In this document: piece by piece, positions 34,126-46,314 of the stretch
Position numbering within the stretch: the first letter of the stretch is position 1
Layout of the letters: each line of letters starts with the position of its first letter
Assembly: GCA_900088475.1 (NCBI GenBank)
Contig: FLMG01003788.1
Span: 23,204-87,203, forward strand
Reading direction: 5' to 3'
From: Hyphochytrium catenoides
Lineage: Eukaryota; Protista; Hyphochytriomycota
Length of the DNA: 64,000 nt
The notes under the pieces: generated by a model
What the model was told of the DNA's origin: nothing
Databases searched by the model: none
Seen by the model: only the letters and a program-made list of their open reading frames with translations
Program-made: the position numbers and the translations under genes

Positions 34126-35476
34126 ACAGAAACACCGTTTGAGAAAATCTTGGAAGAATAGAGGAGCATAAAGAGAGAGAGAAACAATAAGTGAAACCAA
34201 CATGATAAATAAGAGACGCTTACAACGACAGACAAACTCTCCATATAAACAGAAGCTAAAAGTAGGTGAAAGAGAGAGAGAGCTTCCGACTGAGTGTCAC
34301 CTTCGTCTCATCATGGCGCTGTCGTTTCGTTTCTATGGAGAGAAGACTTTCTGGGAAGAAGGAGAAGAGAGAATCTGCTGAGTCTTTCCTTCCCAGGCAG
34401 CACACAGCATCACTGCTATTATCAGATGATGGGGCTACTTCCTCCTCCACCGATGAAGGAGATCGCAAGAAGAAGGCAAGCAACAGGGGCGAGGCCATCA
34501 CAGAGACGATCTGCTGTCTGAAAAGCTTCCCTTAGTAGAACATGAAGATGGCCGTTTCCCGTGGCAAACTACTGGCAGCAGCACATCTGTGGCCCAGTCA
34601 AGACCCGTTACTCAGTCCGCGGTAAGAGAGAGAGAGAGAGAAGGATACTCGCTGCGGATGTTTTAGGAGAAGGAGAGAGAGCCCACGAAGAAGAGATGAT
34701 TCGCATCGCTTTCCTGAGAAGAGTCCAAGAATGTAGAGACAGCGTCGCGTGAGAAGGATAATAGAAGGGCAACGAAGGGGATTGTCCCGCCTTCTAAGGG
34801 ACACTGTGGACGGAGCGAGGAGTGAGAATGAGACATCTAAGAAGGGAGAGACGCTGAAGCTGCTGCTGGTGCCGAGAGAGAGAGAGAGAGAGAGAGAGCT
34901 CCTTTATTATTCTGCTTAGCCCAGAATACGAGAGGAGAGAAGGCGAGAGGAGAGAAGATGTCTCTTCAAGTCTCTTCTCTTCTTATCTCTCTCCCTGATA
35001 ATATCCTCTTCAGCTTTCTCTCCATCTTCCCTTGAATGCCCTTTGCAGCTCTCCTCATCTTGTTTTTTTCTCTTCGCGCGGGCTAGGTTGACGTGCTGGT
35101 CAGCAACGTAAGAGCCCTAGTCTCTGTCTTACCTCTCCTGTTTCGTTGTCATCTTTCCTGTCTCTCTCTATCACAACTCTCTCCCTCTCGCTCTTCCTCC
35201 TTTTTTCTTTTCGCTCCCTCTCTCTTTCTCTCTGCCCTGTTACTCTCTGGTTTTCTCTCCTTCTCTCTTGTTCTCTCTCTGTCTCGCTATCGCGCTCTCT
35301 CTCTCTCTTGTCCCTTGTCCTCTCTTGTTCTCTGTCTGTCTGTCTGTCCCTTTCACTCTCGTCNNNNNNNNNNNNNNNNNNNNNNNNNNNNNNNNNNNNN
35401 NNNNNNNNNNNNNNNNNNNNNNNNNNNNNNNNNNNNNNNNNNNNNNNNNNNNNCCGCATCGGCTTGGAGGGCCTGC

Positions 35477-35986
35477 TCAAGCTGGCACTGCATATCTTGG
35501 ATCATCTTCGCTTCCTTTCTGATGCAGGACGATAACATTCTCATCAGGGTCTCTAAGAACGGCAAAAAGTCCTCCGGGCCCAGAGAAAGGCTTCGAGACG
35601 TTGCAGTCCAGCCCCTTTAGCCTCTCCACATCTCTCTCCAAGTCGTCCGAGTCCAGCGTTAGACCTGTCTTCTTACCCGGAGGAACCTCTTCACCTGCAC
35701 ATTCTTCTTCTTGTCCTCCGGCGCCCTTCTTCCCTCCTTCCTCCTGACGGTTCTCTCCTGTTTTCTGGGAGAAGGGAGAGGGAAAGAGACAGAGAGAGAT
35801 CGTGGTGCTGTCGTCCGTCGGGGTTGCAAGCTGAATCCAGCGGAAATCTACGGCTTTGCCCTGATGCTCCATGAGATGCTTCTCGTCTCTCTTCGTGATG
35901 AAGCCCAGACGTTCTCGATAGAACTTCAGGGACCTGTCCTGGTCCCGGACAGGAATGGAGATGACGCTGAAGTTCGTGAATACCAT
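35477..35986 (-). CDS. VOC (glyoxalase/bleomycin resistance) family protein, 169 aa, intronless
   Basis: ISIPVRDQDRSLKFYRERLGF ... RWIQL ... LTLDSDDLERDVERLK ... GGLFAVLRDPDENVIVLHQ follows the typical bacterial VOC pattern. Confidence 0.88.
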   Translation of the reverse strand: MVFTNFSVISIPVRDQDRSLKFYRERLGFITKRDEKHLMEHQGKAVDFRWIQLATPTDDSTTISLCLFPSPFSQKTGENRQEEGGKKGAGGQEEECAGEEVPPGKKTGLTLDSDDLERDVERLKGLDCNVSKPFSGPGGLFAVLRDPDENVIVLHQKGSEDDPRYAVPA

Positions 35987-36274
35987 GGCTCCGTCCGCTT
36001 CAGATGCGAGAGATTGTCGGCGCGGCGTCTTTTCTGCTGGCGGCGGGCGGCGGCAGGGAAAAGTAGATACTGAACTGAAAGGCCTGGGACGCAGGGAAAA
36101 AGAAGATAAAGAAGTGAACCATCATTGAGCTCTAGAAAGTCGCGACAGTGTGGCAGGTGAATGAGAGAGGAGGGCGCTCTCAAAACTTTTAGTGTAAGAA
36201 GAAGGGGAGATGTGAGAGACAGAGAGATATAAAGAGATTCAGGGAGAGAGGGAGTGGGGGGAGAGAGAGGTATA

Positions 36275-36343
<69 letters not shown>

Positions 36344-36649
36344 GAGAGAGAGAAAAGAGAGAAGAAGAGAGAGAGAGAAAAAAGAGAGAAGAAGAGAGAA
36401 GAAGAGAGAAGAAGAGAGAGAAGAGAGAGAGAGAGGAGAGAGGAAGAAGAGAGAGAGAGAGAAACAGAGAGAGTTTTGATGCTAAGCGGAACAGAAACCA
36501 ACCGCCTCGAGACAGAGTGAGCTACTAACCTGTATTATGTAGAATATCCAACCATCCAGAGATGCAATCTTCCGCTCTTTTTGGTCAAACCGACAACGTG
36601 AAGAACTTTCGGCACGAAAGCTTCATGGCAACGAAGCTTTCTCATCCTG

Positions 36650-38050
36650 CATCCCCTCTTAGCTATATCAATAAAAGAATGGAAATCCTTGAAACGTTTC
36701 GTGAAGGAAACTATTGTGTTTGTGCCCAAGATCTTCAGAGAAGAGATCTTTCTTGCTTTGCTCTGTCACAACGACTCACAGCGTGATAACCGGAGACTCT
36801 CTTCTCTCCAAAACGCTGCTAATAAGCAGCGAGAAGCAGCGCTGACAAAGCTCCTACGTTGGAGACTGATCAGAAGAACCACTTGGCTCAATCCTCCTCG
36901 TTCTGCTCGTCATCGCCATCATCTTGGGACTGCTGGACAGAAAGCATTCTGATGAGTGGCATTCATCATCCTTCTTCTCATCAGCAGATCTCTGCCTCCT
37001 GGACCACCACGTGTCAGAGTCCCTTACATAGATCTGCTCTCTTTTATACGTAAGGCTGTAGTCCGGCTTTGCCTTAGGATATTGCAGGAGACGCTTCGTC
37101 CGCAGATCTCGGTCTAACCAGCAGATCTTACGCGGTAGGCCTACTTGGGAGATTTGCCTCTAAGCCTACGAACGATCGCCCACTGGACGCCATGAAGCGT
37201 CTCCTGCAAGATCTCAAGGCACGTGCGGACACAATCTTACGTATAGCAATGAGCAGTTGTCTGAAGGAGTCCTCTATCTTCTGATCTTGTGGGCTTTTCG
37301 GCTGCTATTTGGGCAGGGGACTAATGGGACGGAAAGAGCACTTCCGGTTATGTTCTTTTTCTATGGTGGCGCAGCTGTGACATGGAAATCCAAGAAGCAG
37401 GCGACTGTGGCTCTTTTTTCCAGCACCGAAGCAGAGTACATCGGTCTTCTCCCAATGGCTGCGAAGACGGGTGTATGGCTTTGTCAACTTCTAAGGGAAC
37501 TTGGAGAAGGAGACGTAGCTGCTACGGTACTTTATGGAGACAACATTGGCTCAATCTTCTTGAGCAGCCATCCAGTTGGCCATCAACGCACCAAACACAT
37601 AGAGGAGGTTCGATGCACTTTGTCTGTCACAAGATTGAGAAAGGTGAAATAATCAAAGCCACTCACTTCTTGGTGACAGAGGCAACGGTAGCGGACGCCG
37701 CACTCACTCAGGCTCTTTCTCAAGAAAAGCACTCGCACGTTGCCCAAGTGATGTCGTCTGGGGACTTCACATCCTACTCTAGTCGTCGAACATAGTCTGA
37801 ACGACCGGGAGGAGTGTTGCGAGAGCGTCCTGATTATGTTGTTGCAATGGTAGGAGCGAGTTAAGGTGCAACTCATTGCAGCAGCATCTCTTGATGACCT
37901 GTGGCTGCAAGCTGATGGGCACGACAGAAACTGGCCCTACGTTCTGGCGACTGAGGTAGTCGATTGGAGGTGCCCCTCAGAGCGTTTGTTCGCTTTGTTC
38001 CGTGGCCCCTCAGAGCGTTTGTTGGCTTTATTCCGTGGCCCCATGGTGCA
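36650..38050 (+). mobile_element. Decayed Ty1/copia LTR retrotransposon 3' part (RT end, RNase H, PPT, start of 3' LTR); boundaries approximate
   Basis: YAVGLLGRFASKP, AMKRLL, WAGD*..GKSTSGY, GGAAVTWKSKKQATVA..STEAEY, YGDN..SI.L..HP..HQRTKHI, with frameshifts and stops. Purine tract GGGAGGAG at 37807-37814 is followed directly by TGTTG at 37815. Confidence 0.85.
37972..38042. repeat. 33-bp tandem repeat (~2 copies) within the putative LTR
   Basis: gcccctcagagcgtttgtt(c/g)gcttt(g/a)ttccgtg twice. Confidence 0.85.
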
Positions 38051-39546
38051 AGAAGGGAATGGGTCAGCCACCGAGCTCAAGCTACAAATGTAAGGATTTC
38101 GAGGGTGATGGACGAGGACAATCTATGAATGAGCATTAATAATCAATGGAGAGTTTTAGCGGACAACGTGCTTGCGTAAGGAGGAGGTTTCTCCTTACAA
38201 TTATGGTCACAACTAATCATTATTCATCAGGTTCCAGAAGAAAGCACTCAGGAAAACGAGGACTAGTAGCTAGTATCTGGTCAAATAACGGACGCCTTTC
38301 TCCCCTCCTTCCTAGGTGATGACCTTCGCACCGCTCGTCGGTCCCTCTTCTCGTCGTAGTATTGATCACGATGATAGGCCTAGTATTAGGCAGCCGGCGG
38401 GCGGCGCTAACTGGTGAGGCGCTATCGAGCGTCACTGATGAAGCAGAGAGCTAGGGAGCTGCAGGAGGAGGAGGACAGGCAGGCAGAAGTCTAGGGGACA
38501 TTGGGATCCCAAGGTTGGTCAGCCCACCAGTCCCGCAGTGCTCGAGCAGGGCAATCCGCCGTCTTCTTCGTAGACAGTAAGCTGTGTATTGACCCCAGGC
38601 CCTGATATTGTACAATAGTCTCAGATCTATGCGCTTTTGCTGTCTTTTTTAACCTATCGTGTCAGTCAGGTAGTGATACTGATATGGTTTACAGCTCTAC
38701 ATGAACCCTTATATTCACGCTTTTTGGAACAACCATGGCTGGTTCCAAAGAGATAAGAATTCCCTTGTTATCTCCTTGTAGTTCTCTCTCTCTCCTCCTT
38801 TCTCTCTCTCTCTNNNNNNNNNNNNNNNNNNNNNNNNNNNNNNNNNNNNNNNNNNNNNNNNNNNNNNNNNNNNNNNNNNNNNNNNNNNNNNNNNNNNNNN
38901 NNACCGAAATCGTCCTTTACAATCAGCAAGACTCGGTCTCCTTTTCTCTCTCTTCCACTTCATCGCTTCTCTCCGCTGCGTGCCTCTCTCCCCCTTTCTT
39001 CTATTGCATTGCCTTTATAAAAATGGTAGTCGTACTTCGAACTGCTTGGCTCTAGTTCTCATCCTCCGAAAAGAACTGTCTCGGGCAAGATCCCTCGCTC
39101 TTTCTCTTGCCCAGACAGCAACCAGCACCTGAGACTGGGCTAGCGGCTTCCTCACTCTTCTTGTTGGTCGCAGTCTCTCCTTATCTCTCTCCTCTCTATC
39201 GCACATCCCCTCCGCTTTATCTCGAAGAGCATCATCATTTCCTCACTCTTGCGGCTCCTCCTTGTTCTCTTTCTCACACTCTTCTTCTCCTTTTTGGCAC
39301 TTCTTACGCTCTCTCTTCTCTTCTCTTCTCTTCTTCTCTTCTCTTCTCTTCTCTTTCCTCTTCTTTTCTTCGCTACGCGTTCTTCTCTATAGGCAGCGTC
39401 ACTCGTGGTTTCTTCTGCACCTCTGCTGCTTCAAGCTCTGCGTCTTTCCTTATCCCTGTTTTTCCTCCCCGGTACATAGCCAGCAGCCAGAGAAGAGAGC
39501 GAGAGAGAGAGAGAGAAGGAAGAAAAGCATCAACAACGACAGAAGA

Positions 39547-41520
39547 ATGGCAAGCGCGGAAGCGAGCTCGGCTTCCCACGGCCGTCTCTTCTCTCTCTCT
39601 CCTTCGCTGCTGTCGCGCTATTATGAAGATCAGATCCGTCAGGGCAACTGGAGCATCGCCAGAGCGCTAACATTATCTATGGGCTACGGGCTCATCGCGC
39701 TGCGGCCCTATCAACAGGGAGAGACGATCTTTGAAGAGACGCCGGTGGTAGCTGAGCAACTTGTCAGGAACAAACACATCGTGCTCTCCTGCGGACAGTG
39801 CTTCAAATGGCTGGGATCGGTAAACACACAGCTTGATCTGCTGGCAGGGAGGATCTCTAGAGAGCAGCTGGCGTCTGGGGCTCCTCCTCCTCCTCCCTCA
39901 GGCTGTCGCCTTCCTGATCTGGCCACTGCCTGCGGAGGGCGAGAGGGAGGAAGAGAAGAAGTAGGAGAATCTTTCCACTCTTTCTTCTCCTGCCCTGCCC
40001 ATTGTGGAGAGCTCTTTTGCTCTTCTTCCTGCCTGGAGACAGCGATGAGGGACGGGCACTTGCTGCTCTGCACAGGGACAGTGGAGGAGATGGAGCATCC
40101 GATCGTGCAGTTCAAGTTCCATGCCATTCAGAGCTATGAGCTTTTTCTCTCGGCAGGAAAGGTCTGCTGCCGCATTCTCTCCCGTTATAAAGAGCTTCAA
40201 CACGCTCAAAGTCTCTCTCCTGAGGCAGCCTGCAAAGAGGCCGTCTTAGAGTTTGCGGGGCTAGAGAGCGCCATGTGGTGGGAGGGCAAAGTAAGTCAGA
40301 AAAGACTGGGGAAGAGCGCGCTAAAAAGCGAGGAGGAGTTCCAGGCGGACATGAAGAGACATGCGGAGATCTCCCTTGGCCTGTTGACGAGTGCGTTGGC
40401 GGTAGATCCAGCTGACCCCATAGCGCGGCTCTTTACATTAGAGCAGTATGGTGCGAACCTATGGTTCTAGAGCCCTGTCTATTGATCTTTCTTCTCTCTT
40501 ATTCTCTCTCTCTCTTCTTCTCTTGCCTGTGTATCTCTCTCTCTCTCTCTCTCCGTCTCTCTGTCTCTCTGTCTCTCTTTTTAACCCTCTTCTCCAGGGC
40601 AGAATTTTCAACTCGTTCCCTTTTCCGTTTTCTTTGTTCTCGCTTCCCACTTCCTCTTCCAAACTCTCCAACCTCCTCTTCTTGTTCGTCCTGTCGTGGA
40701 TCACCTATTAACGCCGTTGTCTCATGCCTTGACTTATTCCTCCTCCTCCTCGTCCAATGGCTTAGGCCGCATCCTGGGCGCCTTAAACAGGAATCAGATG
40801 AGCATACAATGGGACTCTCCCGTCCTTCAATACGTCAAAGCGCTGAAGAGAACGGCGGAAAGGATTGCCCAGCAAGCCAAAGACGAAGAAGCAGAAAGAG
40901 AGACTGATAAGCTAGTAAACGCCGCGAGAGAGGCGCTGTCCACTTATGAGGACGCAATAGAGGAACACTTGGAGGCAATAGAGACGCTCAGGGTTGAAGA
41001 TAGCTCTGACGAGGAGGAAGAAATGGAAGAAGAAGAGTGGGATCTGGCAGCAAAAATTGACCATTATGCACGGGCTATGGAGGACGAGGAGGAAAGAGGA
41101 GAGGTGGAGAAGACGAAAGTAGACGAGTGCTGCAGAGGAAGAGAGAAGGATGGTGACGGTGACGAGAAAGAAGAAGAAAATATGGGTGAAGGAGACGATG
41201 CTGTGGATGATCTGATAGAAAGAGGAGAGGATCTCTTTCCAGAGTTTGACGGGATTGGCCTCTTTCCCTTGGTTGCCGTGATGAATCACTCGTGTCAGCC
41301 TTCCTGTAAGGTCCTATGGCCTTCTTGGGAGGAGGAATCCCGACCCCGTGCCCGAGCCCGCGTGGTTGCCCTTCGGCCGATAGAGAGAGGAGAGGAGCTT
41401 CTGCAGAGCTATATCGACGCAGATCTTCCCTTGGAAAGGAGGAGACGGAGGTTACTGCCCTACGGCTTCGTATGCACTTGTCCCAAGTGTAAGGAGGAAG
41501 AGAAACAAGCGGGAACGTGA
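39547..41520 (+). CDS. SMYD-type (SMYD5/ATXR2-like) SET-MYND lysine methyltransferase; exons 39547-40450 and 40766-41520, ~552 aa
   Basis: GYGLIALRPYQQGETIFEETP, zinc-finger motifs CGQC, CPAHC, FCSSSC, H..LC; phase-1 intron GTGCGA...TTAG gives EQYGRILGALNRN; GIGLFPLVAVMNHSCQPS, ALRPIERGEELLQSY, post-SET YGFVCTCPKC. Confidence 0.9.
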
Positions 41521-42285
41521 AGGATAATGCTATGCCGCACAAAGAGGATTAGAAACGGAGACTTGGACAGCTCCAGCAGGGACATTTTCATTGATCGAGA
41601 AGCGCGTGAGAAAGGGAGGAGAAAGAGAGGAGAAAGCTGTGTGCTTTTATTAGCCCTGTTATGACTGATAGTCCTTTCTTTCAGTTCTCAAGTCTTGTTG
41701 GTCGTCTCTCTCCCTTTCTCTCTCTCTTTCTGCCATCATGACATCTCGTCCTGTTCGGCAGGCCTGCCTCTCTCTGAGCATTGTTTATCTACACCGCTAG
41801 GGCAGAGCCTGTGTAAGACCAATGACCATCATCTGTCCTCAGGGTCCACTGTCTTTCTCTCCTGGGAAGATAAGGGAACCAAAGCTGCACAGCAGCACAA
41901 GGAACAGGACGAAGACAGAGTTCACCGAAAGTAGTGGGGCTCCTTCTTCTTTCTCTGGGGAACTTTGAGAGGAAGACGGTCACTGTAAGGGATTGTACTG
42001 CCTCTTCTATTATTGAAAAAAGAAAATAGTTTATAAAATGGGCTAACAAGGAAGCCCTAGAAATTCGTCTTCTTCTCTCTGTCTCCTTCCCTCTCTCTCT
42101 CTCTGTCTCTCTCTCTCTGTCTTTCTGCTCTGTTGGATTTATCCTCGAAAGAATGGCGCCTTTCCAAGCACTATTGTGGCGGAAAGAGAAAAAGAGAGGC
42201 GCAGACTAGCCGTCTTTAGCAGCCAACGCACACATTCTCTCTTCCACTTCTCTCATTGGTCCTCATAGTCCTTCGGCGGCGCAAT

Positions 42286-42654
42286 TTACTGCTGCTCCTG
42301 CTCCTCAGCTCTAAGAGCTCTGGCAGCCTTGGTGTTAACTGTGAGCTTCATCCTGCTGCAGTGGTTGCTCACCTGGCAGGAGTAGTAGGTGGTGCCAGGC
42401 TTGTCCAGGGTCACTCTCAGTGGACCAGAACTGCCCAGAAGGGTTTGCTCATTGGCGCAGCTGGCGAGATCGGCTGCGGTGGCGTGAGTGTATACGTTGT
42501 GTCCCCTTACAAAGTTGAAGACCAGGGTGTCTCCTACGTTGGCATTTACAGTCTGTGCGCCAAAGCTGGTGCTCCAGGAGAGAGGAATGTCCGCGGCGGT
42601 GGAGAGCTGAGCCACAGAGGCGATGGCAGCGAGGAAAGCTAGAAGACGTGCCAT
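42286..42654 (-). CDS. Secreted cupredoxin, phytocyanin-like blue copper protein, 122 aa
   Basis: Signal-like MARLLAFLAAIASVAQLSTA; VGDTLVFNF..GHNVY; YYSCQVSNHCSRMKL supplies the type-1 Cu ligands H, C, H, M; two extra Cys could form the phytocyanin disulfide. Confidence 0.88.
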   Translation of the reverse strand: MARLLAFLAAIASVAQLSTAADIPLSWSTSFGAQTVNANVGDTLVFNFVRGHNVYTHATAADLASCANEQTLLGSSGPLRVTLDKPGTTYYSCQVSNHCSRMKLTVNTKAARALRAEEQEQQ

Positions 42655-45600
42655 TTTGTTATTGTTGGATATAGGGAGCGAGAGGTGCTGGGCCTTGCGG
42701 TGCTTGATTTGCTGGTACGAGAGCTGGGCGCTTTTGACGCAGATAGTAAGTTTGGTTGTGAGCTGAATGTGGCGGTGTCTGAGAGGATACAGCCGCGAGT
42801 TTACCATCCCTTCAGACAAGGTGATGAGATAGGAGAGCGTGGTCTGAATGCGAACGAGAGAGGAGAAGGGAGAGGAGAGAATAGGGAACAGAAGCAAGAG
42901 CGAGCAGGAATAAGAACCGAGATCTTGTCTAGCGCTAGAGAAAGAATGGACGGAACATTGGTCCGTTGGAATAGACCATAAGAAGCTGGGACAGTGGCAG
43001 TTCCCTGCTGGCAAGCTCGCGCATTTCTTGGTGATCTTTTTTGCCTTGAACTTCTTCTCTCCTCCAGACTTTAGAATAAACTGCGATGACGGCTGGTTGG
43101 TCCAGAGAACACTCTCTCACATTTTAGGGGTACGTCACTGCCGACACACACGAGGGGCAGCACGATACGCTGCTCGGTTCGCTCTCTCTTTCTCGATGGA
43201 GACGTCGCTGTCGTGTCCTGCTCCCATTCCCGGGAAGGAGGGTGAACAACGATCAATACTAAGATGGAAAGATCGCTCCGCACACCTTCATCAGCTTGTC
43301 AGTGCCTTCCCTCGCCTCTCTTCGTCTCTCTTCTTCATCAGGTCGCTGAGGGGTATCTGCATAAATTTATGGAGCGGCAAGGCATTCCATCTCTCTTTCT
43401 CTTCCACCCTCTGTGGCGCTCTTGTTCTCCCTCTTTCTCTCCCCCTGTCTCATTCCATTCTTTTCTCTCTCCCTCTTTCTCTTCCTCTCTCTTCCTCTCT
43501 TTTCCTCTCCGTTTCCTTTCTCTCGTCGGGACCAGTCGTTCTAGCGGATGGTTCTATTCCTTCTTTGCATTCTTCTCGAAGTGGAAGCATAGTCAAGCGG
43601 CCACAAGCTGCCTGCCGCCTTCTCGCTTGCTTGCCGCCGTCCAAAGACGCCAAGGACTGCCTTGAAGACACAATAGACCGTCTTAGTCAGAATAAATGCC
43701 AAACCCTCGGCGAAACAGTAGTTGTTTCTCATCTTCCTACTACTGGTGACGGCTCCAGTCAAGTGTCAAGAATAAACGCAATCTTATTCTTGATTCTAGA
43801 TAACGCCATGATAGTAAACTCATCTTTCCCTGTCGCTATTCATAATCCACACGCTGCCTCTGTAGTCGTTCTCCCTGGGTAGAGGAAGGTGAGGCCACGG
43901 AACCTCCGCCACGCGCGAGATCATGCTTCGTTCATCTGCTAGGGTCTTTCCTCCGTGGTGAGACTGCCGCCGGCGGCTAAGACTTTCCTGGAACTCTTTT
44001 CTTTTCATTTCTTTACTTCTTCCCCCTAACAGCTGTTTGCTTGTTTTGCTTGTTGTGCTTCTCCCTGTTCTGATCACAGGAAGGAATGAAGTTTGGCTGT
44101 TGACACGCGCAAGATAGGCAAGATAGAAGCTACTTATTACAGCACAGCGTCTGGAGACGACGTTATTAGTCGCTCTTGATAAAGTTAGGGTCTAGAAGTC
44201 TAGAACCCTGGTGGTCAGCTTATCAATGATCTTGTCTCCCTCCTTCGATGGTTCTTCTGTGTCTTATACTCGCCGCCTTCCCTCATCACATGCATCTATA
44301 GAACATTCTAGGGGCCATCACCATGCTATAGACCTACCTATGAAGCTATGACAGCGAGCTATATCGTGCATGGAAGGTAATAAAGGAGAGGAGGAGGGGC
44401 AGCAGCAACAACACCTCCAGCTGACCTAATGGTGCTGCATCCACGTCTTTGGCGGTCTAGTAGCAGCAAGACAATCATCACCGAGTACGTAGGAACACTG
44501 CGGATGGAGTTTGGAAGGAAGGCAAGTCTTTTGATGAGGAGTAAGGACTGAAGAGAGAGCATTGTTAGAGACAAAGAGGAACCACCACCCACCACCAACC
44601 ATCGCAACGTCCATCGGGAGGCACCGACCACAGGAAAGGGAAGCTCTTCGACCTTGATCGACATGTCACTGTCATCCAGGACAACCATGCTGGCAGACGA
44701 TTTCGACGGCTAGCCAAGAGCGACAAAGTGGTACTTTAGGCGACCAGCCGACAATCTCTATCATAAAGTAGTACCGCTGAGGTTGACTACTAGGAGAGAC
44801 GTATGCAGCCTTTCTTCAGTCAACAAATAGTTCTTCTCTGCTGCTTTTTATAACACAGTGAGAGGAAGTTTCTTTCCATCAGCTTGTAGATATCACTCGC
44901 GGCGGACAATGTAGACGCTCTTTGGATACTGTCTCTCACCCATTGACGTCCACTCTGCAAGACAATGGTGGAGGAAGAAGGAGGAAAGCACCTCACCCTA
45001 TGATGGAGGAGGGACGCAAGAGGACAGTTTCTGGCAACAACATCGTCAGGTTCTTACTGGAACTCTGCAGAAGTGTGAGGAACGGATCGACGTTGCTCAT
45101 AGTGGCTGCGTGAGGAGCAATGGGATCCAGGTTCCGAGCTCGCAGGCATCTACTGCTTGTTAGGATGTATAGCCTAAGCAGCTTGAGACAGCGCTAACCC
45201 CGCCACTCGTAATCCTTCTTGCTTTCTTATCATGTCGGTCGTGCGACGGCTGCTTTGTGGTCCAACGCACCCTTCTAAGAAGCTTCCTTGTTCGTCTCTA
45301 CTTCTTGTTCACGATCAGTGAGTCCACCTTCTTTGCCCAGTTCGGCTCTTATTCTAGCTTCACTTTATCTATTATTATTATCCTGAGAAAAAACGGGTTT
45401 AAGGGATGCAAGTCGGTCTCTCCTTTCTTCCTCTGCCAAGCTTCTTTATTATGGGTTGCCTTCCTTCTTCTTTCTAACACCGTGCACGGCGTGCGAGCTG
45501 CAGACCGCAGCGAATGTGGAAGAACAACTGTTCAAGCAACTTCTCACCATAAAATTGCGCTGAGTAACGTCCGACAGTGAAACGATAAAATGCCTCCGAC

Positions 45601-46190
45601 GATATAACGGAACAGTGCTCCTCTGTGAATCGCCCTACTTAGGGTATCTCCTCAACATCAGGCAGCTTGCTGCGCCGCCATTGTTAATCATCGGAGATCA
45701 TGCAAGATGAAGATCAAAATTTGCTTTCTTCTCCACGACTGTTCTTCGCCAGTTGTAACGCCATTCAAGAGAGTCGTCCGGCATGAATAGTGGTGGGATG
45801 AGCCAACAACTGCTGCTCTTCATTATAGAGCAATTATTCCTAGCTTAGTCCTCACCACCTTGTTCATTTAGCTCAGCAGACAACAGGGATGGTGGCGTAT
45901 GGTTGCGCTCCTGGTCGATAGTCCTAAGCACTTAGCTGCTACTTGCTGGTGTAATAATAACAAGTAGTAGCCCTCAAACACTAGGCAACATAACGTTTAA
46001 CAATAGGATTAAAGGCTATTCAGCGAACGAAAGAGAGACGGGCTTTGGTGAGTGGCTTGCCAAGCAACAGGGGCGGTCCACTGCCGCTTCTTCTGACGAC
46101 AGAGACTGGAGAAGGCTGCCGGTCAGTCAGATTATGGGTGGATAGTAGGTTCTTTTTGTTGGTGGTCCTTGCCCTGCTGCTTGCTCTGCT

Positions 46191-46314
46191 CTGCTGCTGG
46201 CGGCCCTGCTGCTGGCGGCCCTGCTGCTGGCGGCCCTGCTTCTCGCCCTGGTGCTTGCTTTTTTGCTGCTGGCGGCCCTGCTTCTCGCCCTACTGCTGGC
46301 CGCCCTGCTGCTGG
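46191..46314. repeat. GC-rich 15-bp minisatellite (ctgctgctggcggcc), degenerate
   Basis: Read directly; three near-perfect units followed by variants. Confidence 0.85.

Noticed and set aside
43028-43882. 284-aa ORF
   Set aside because: GTG start, low-complexity core, no motifs.
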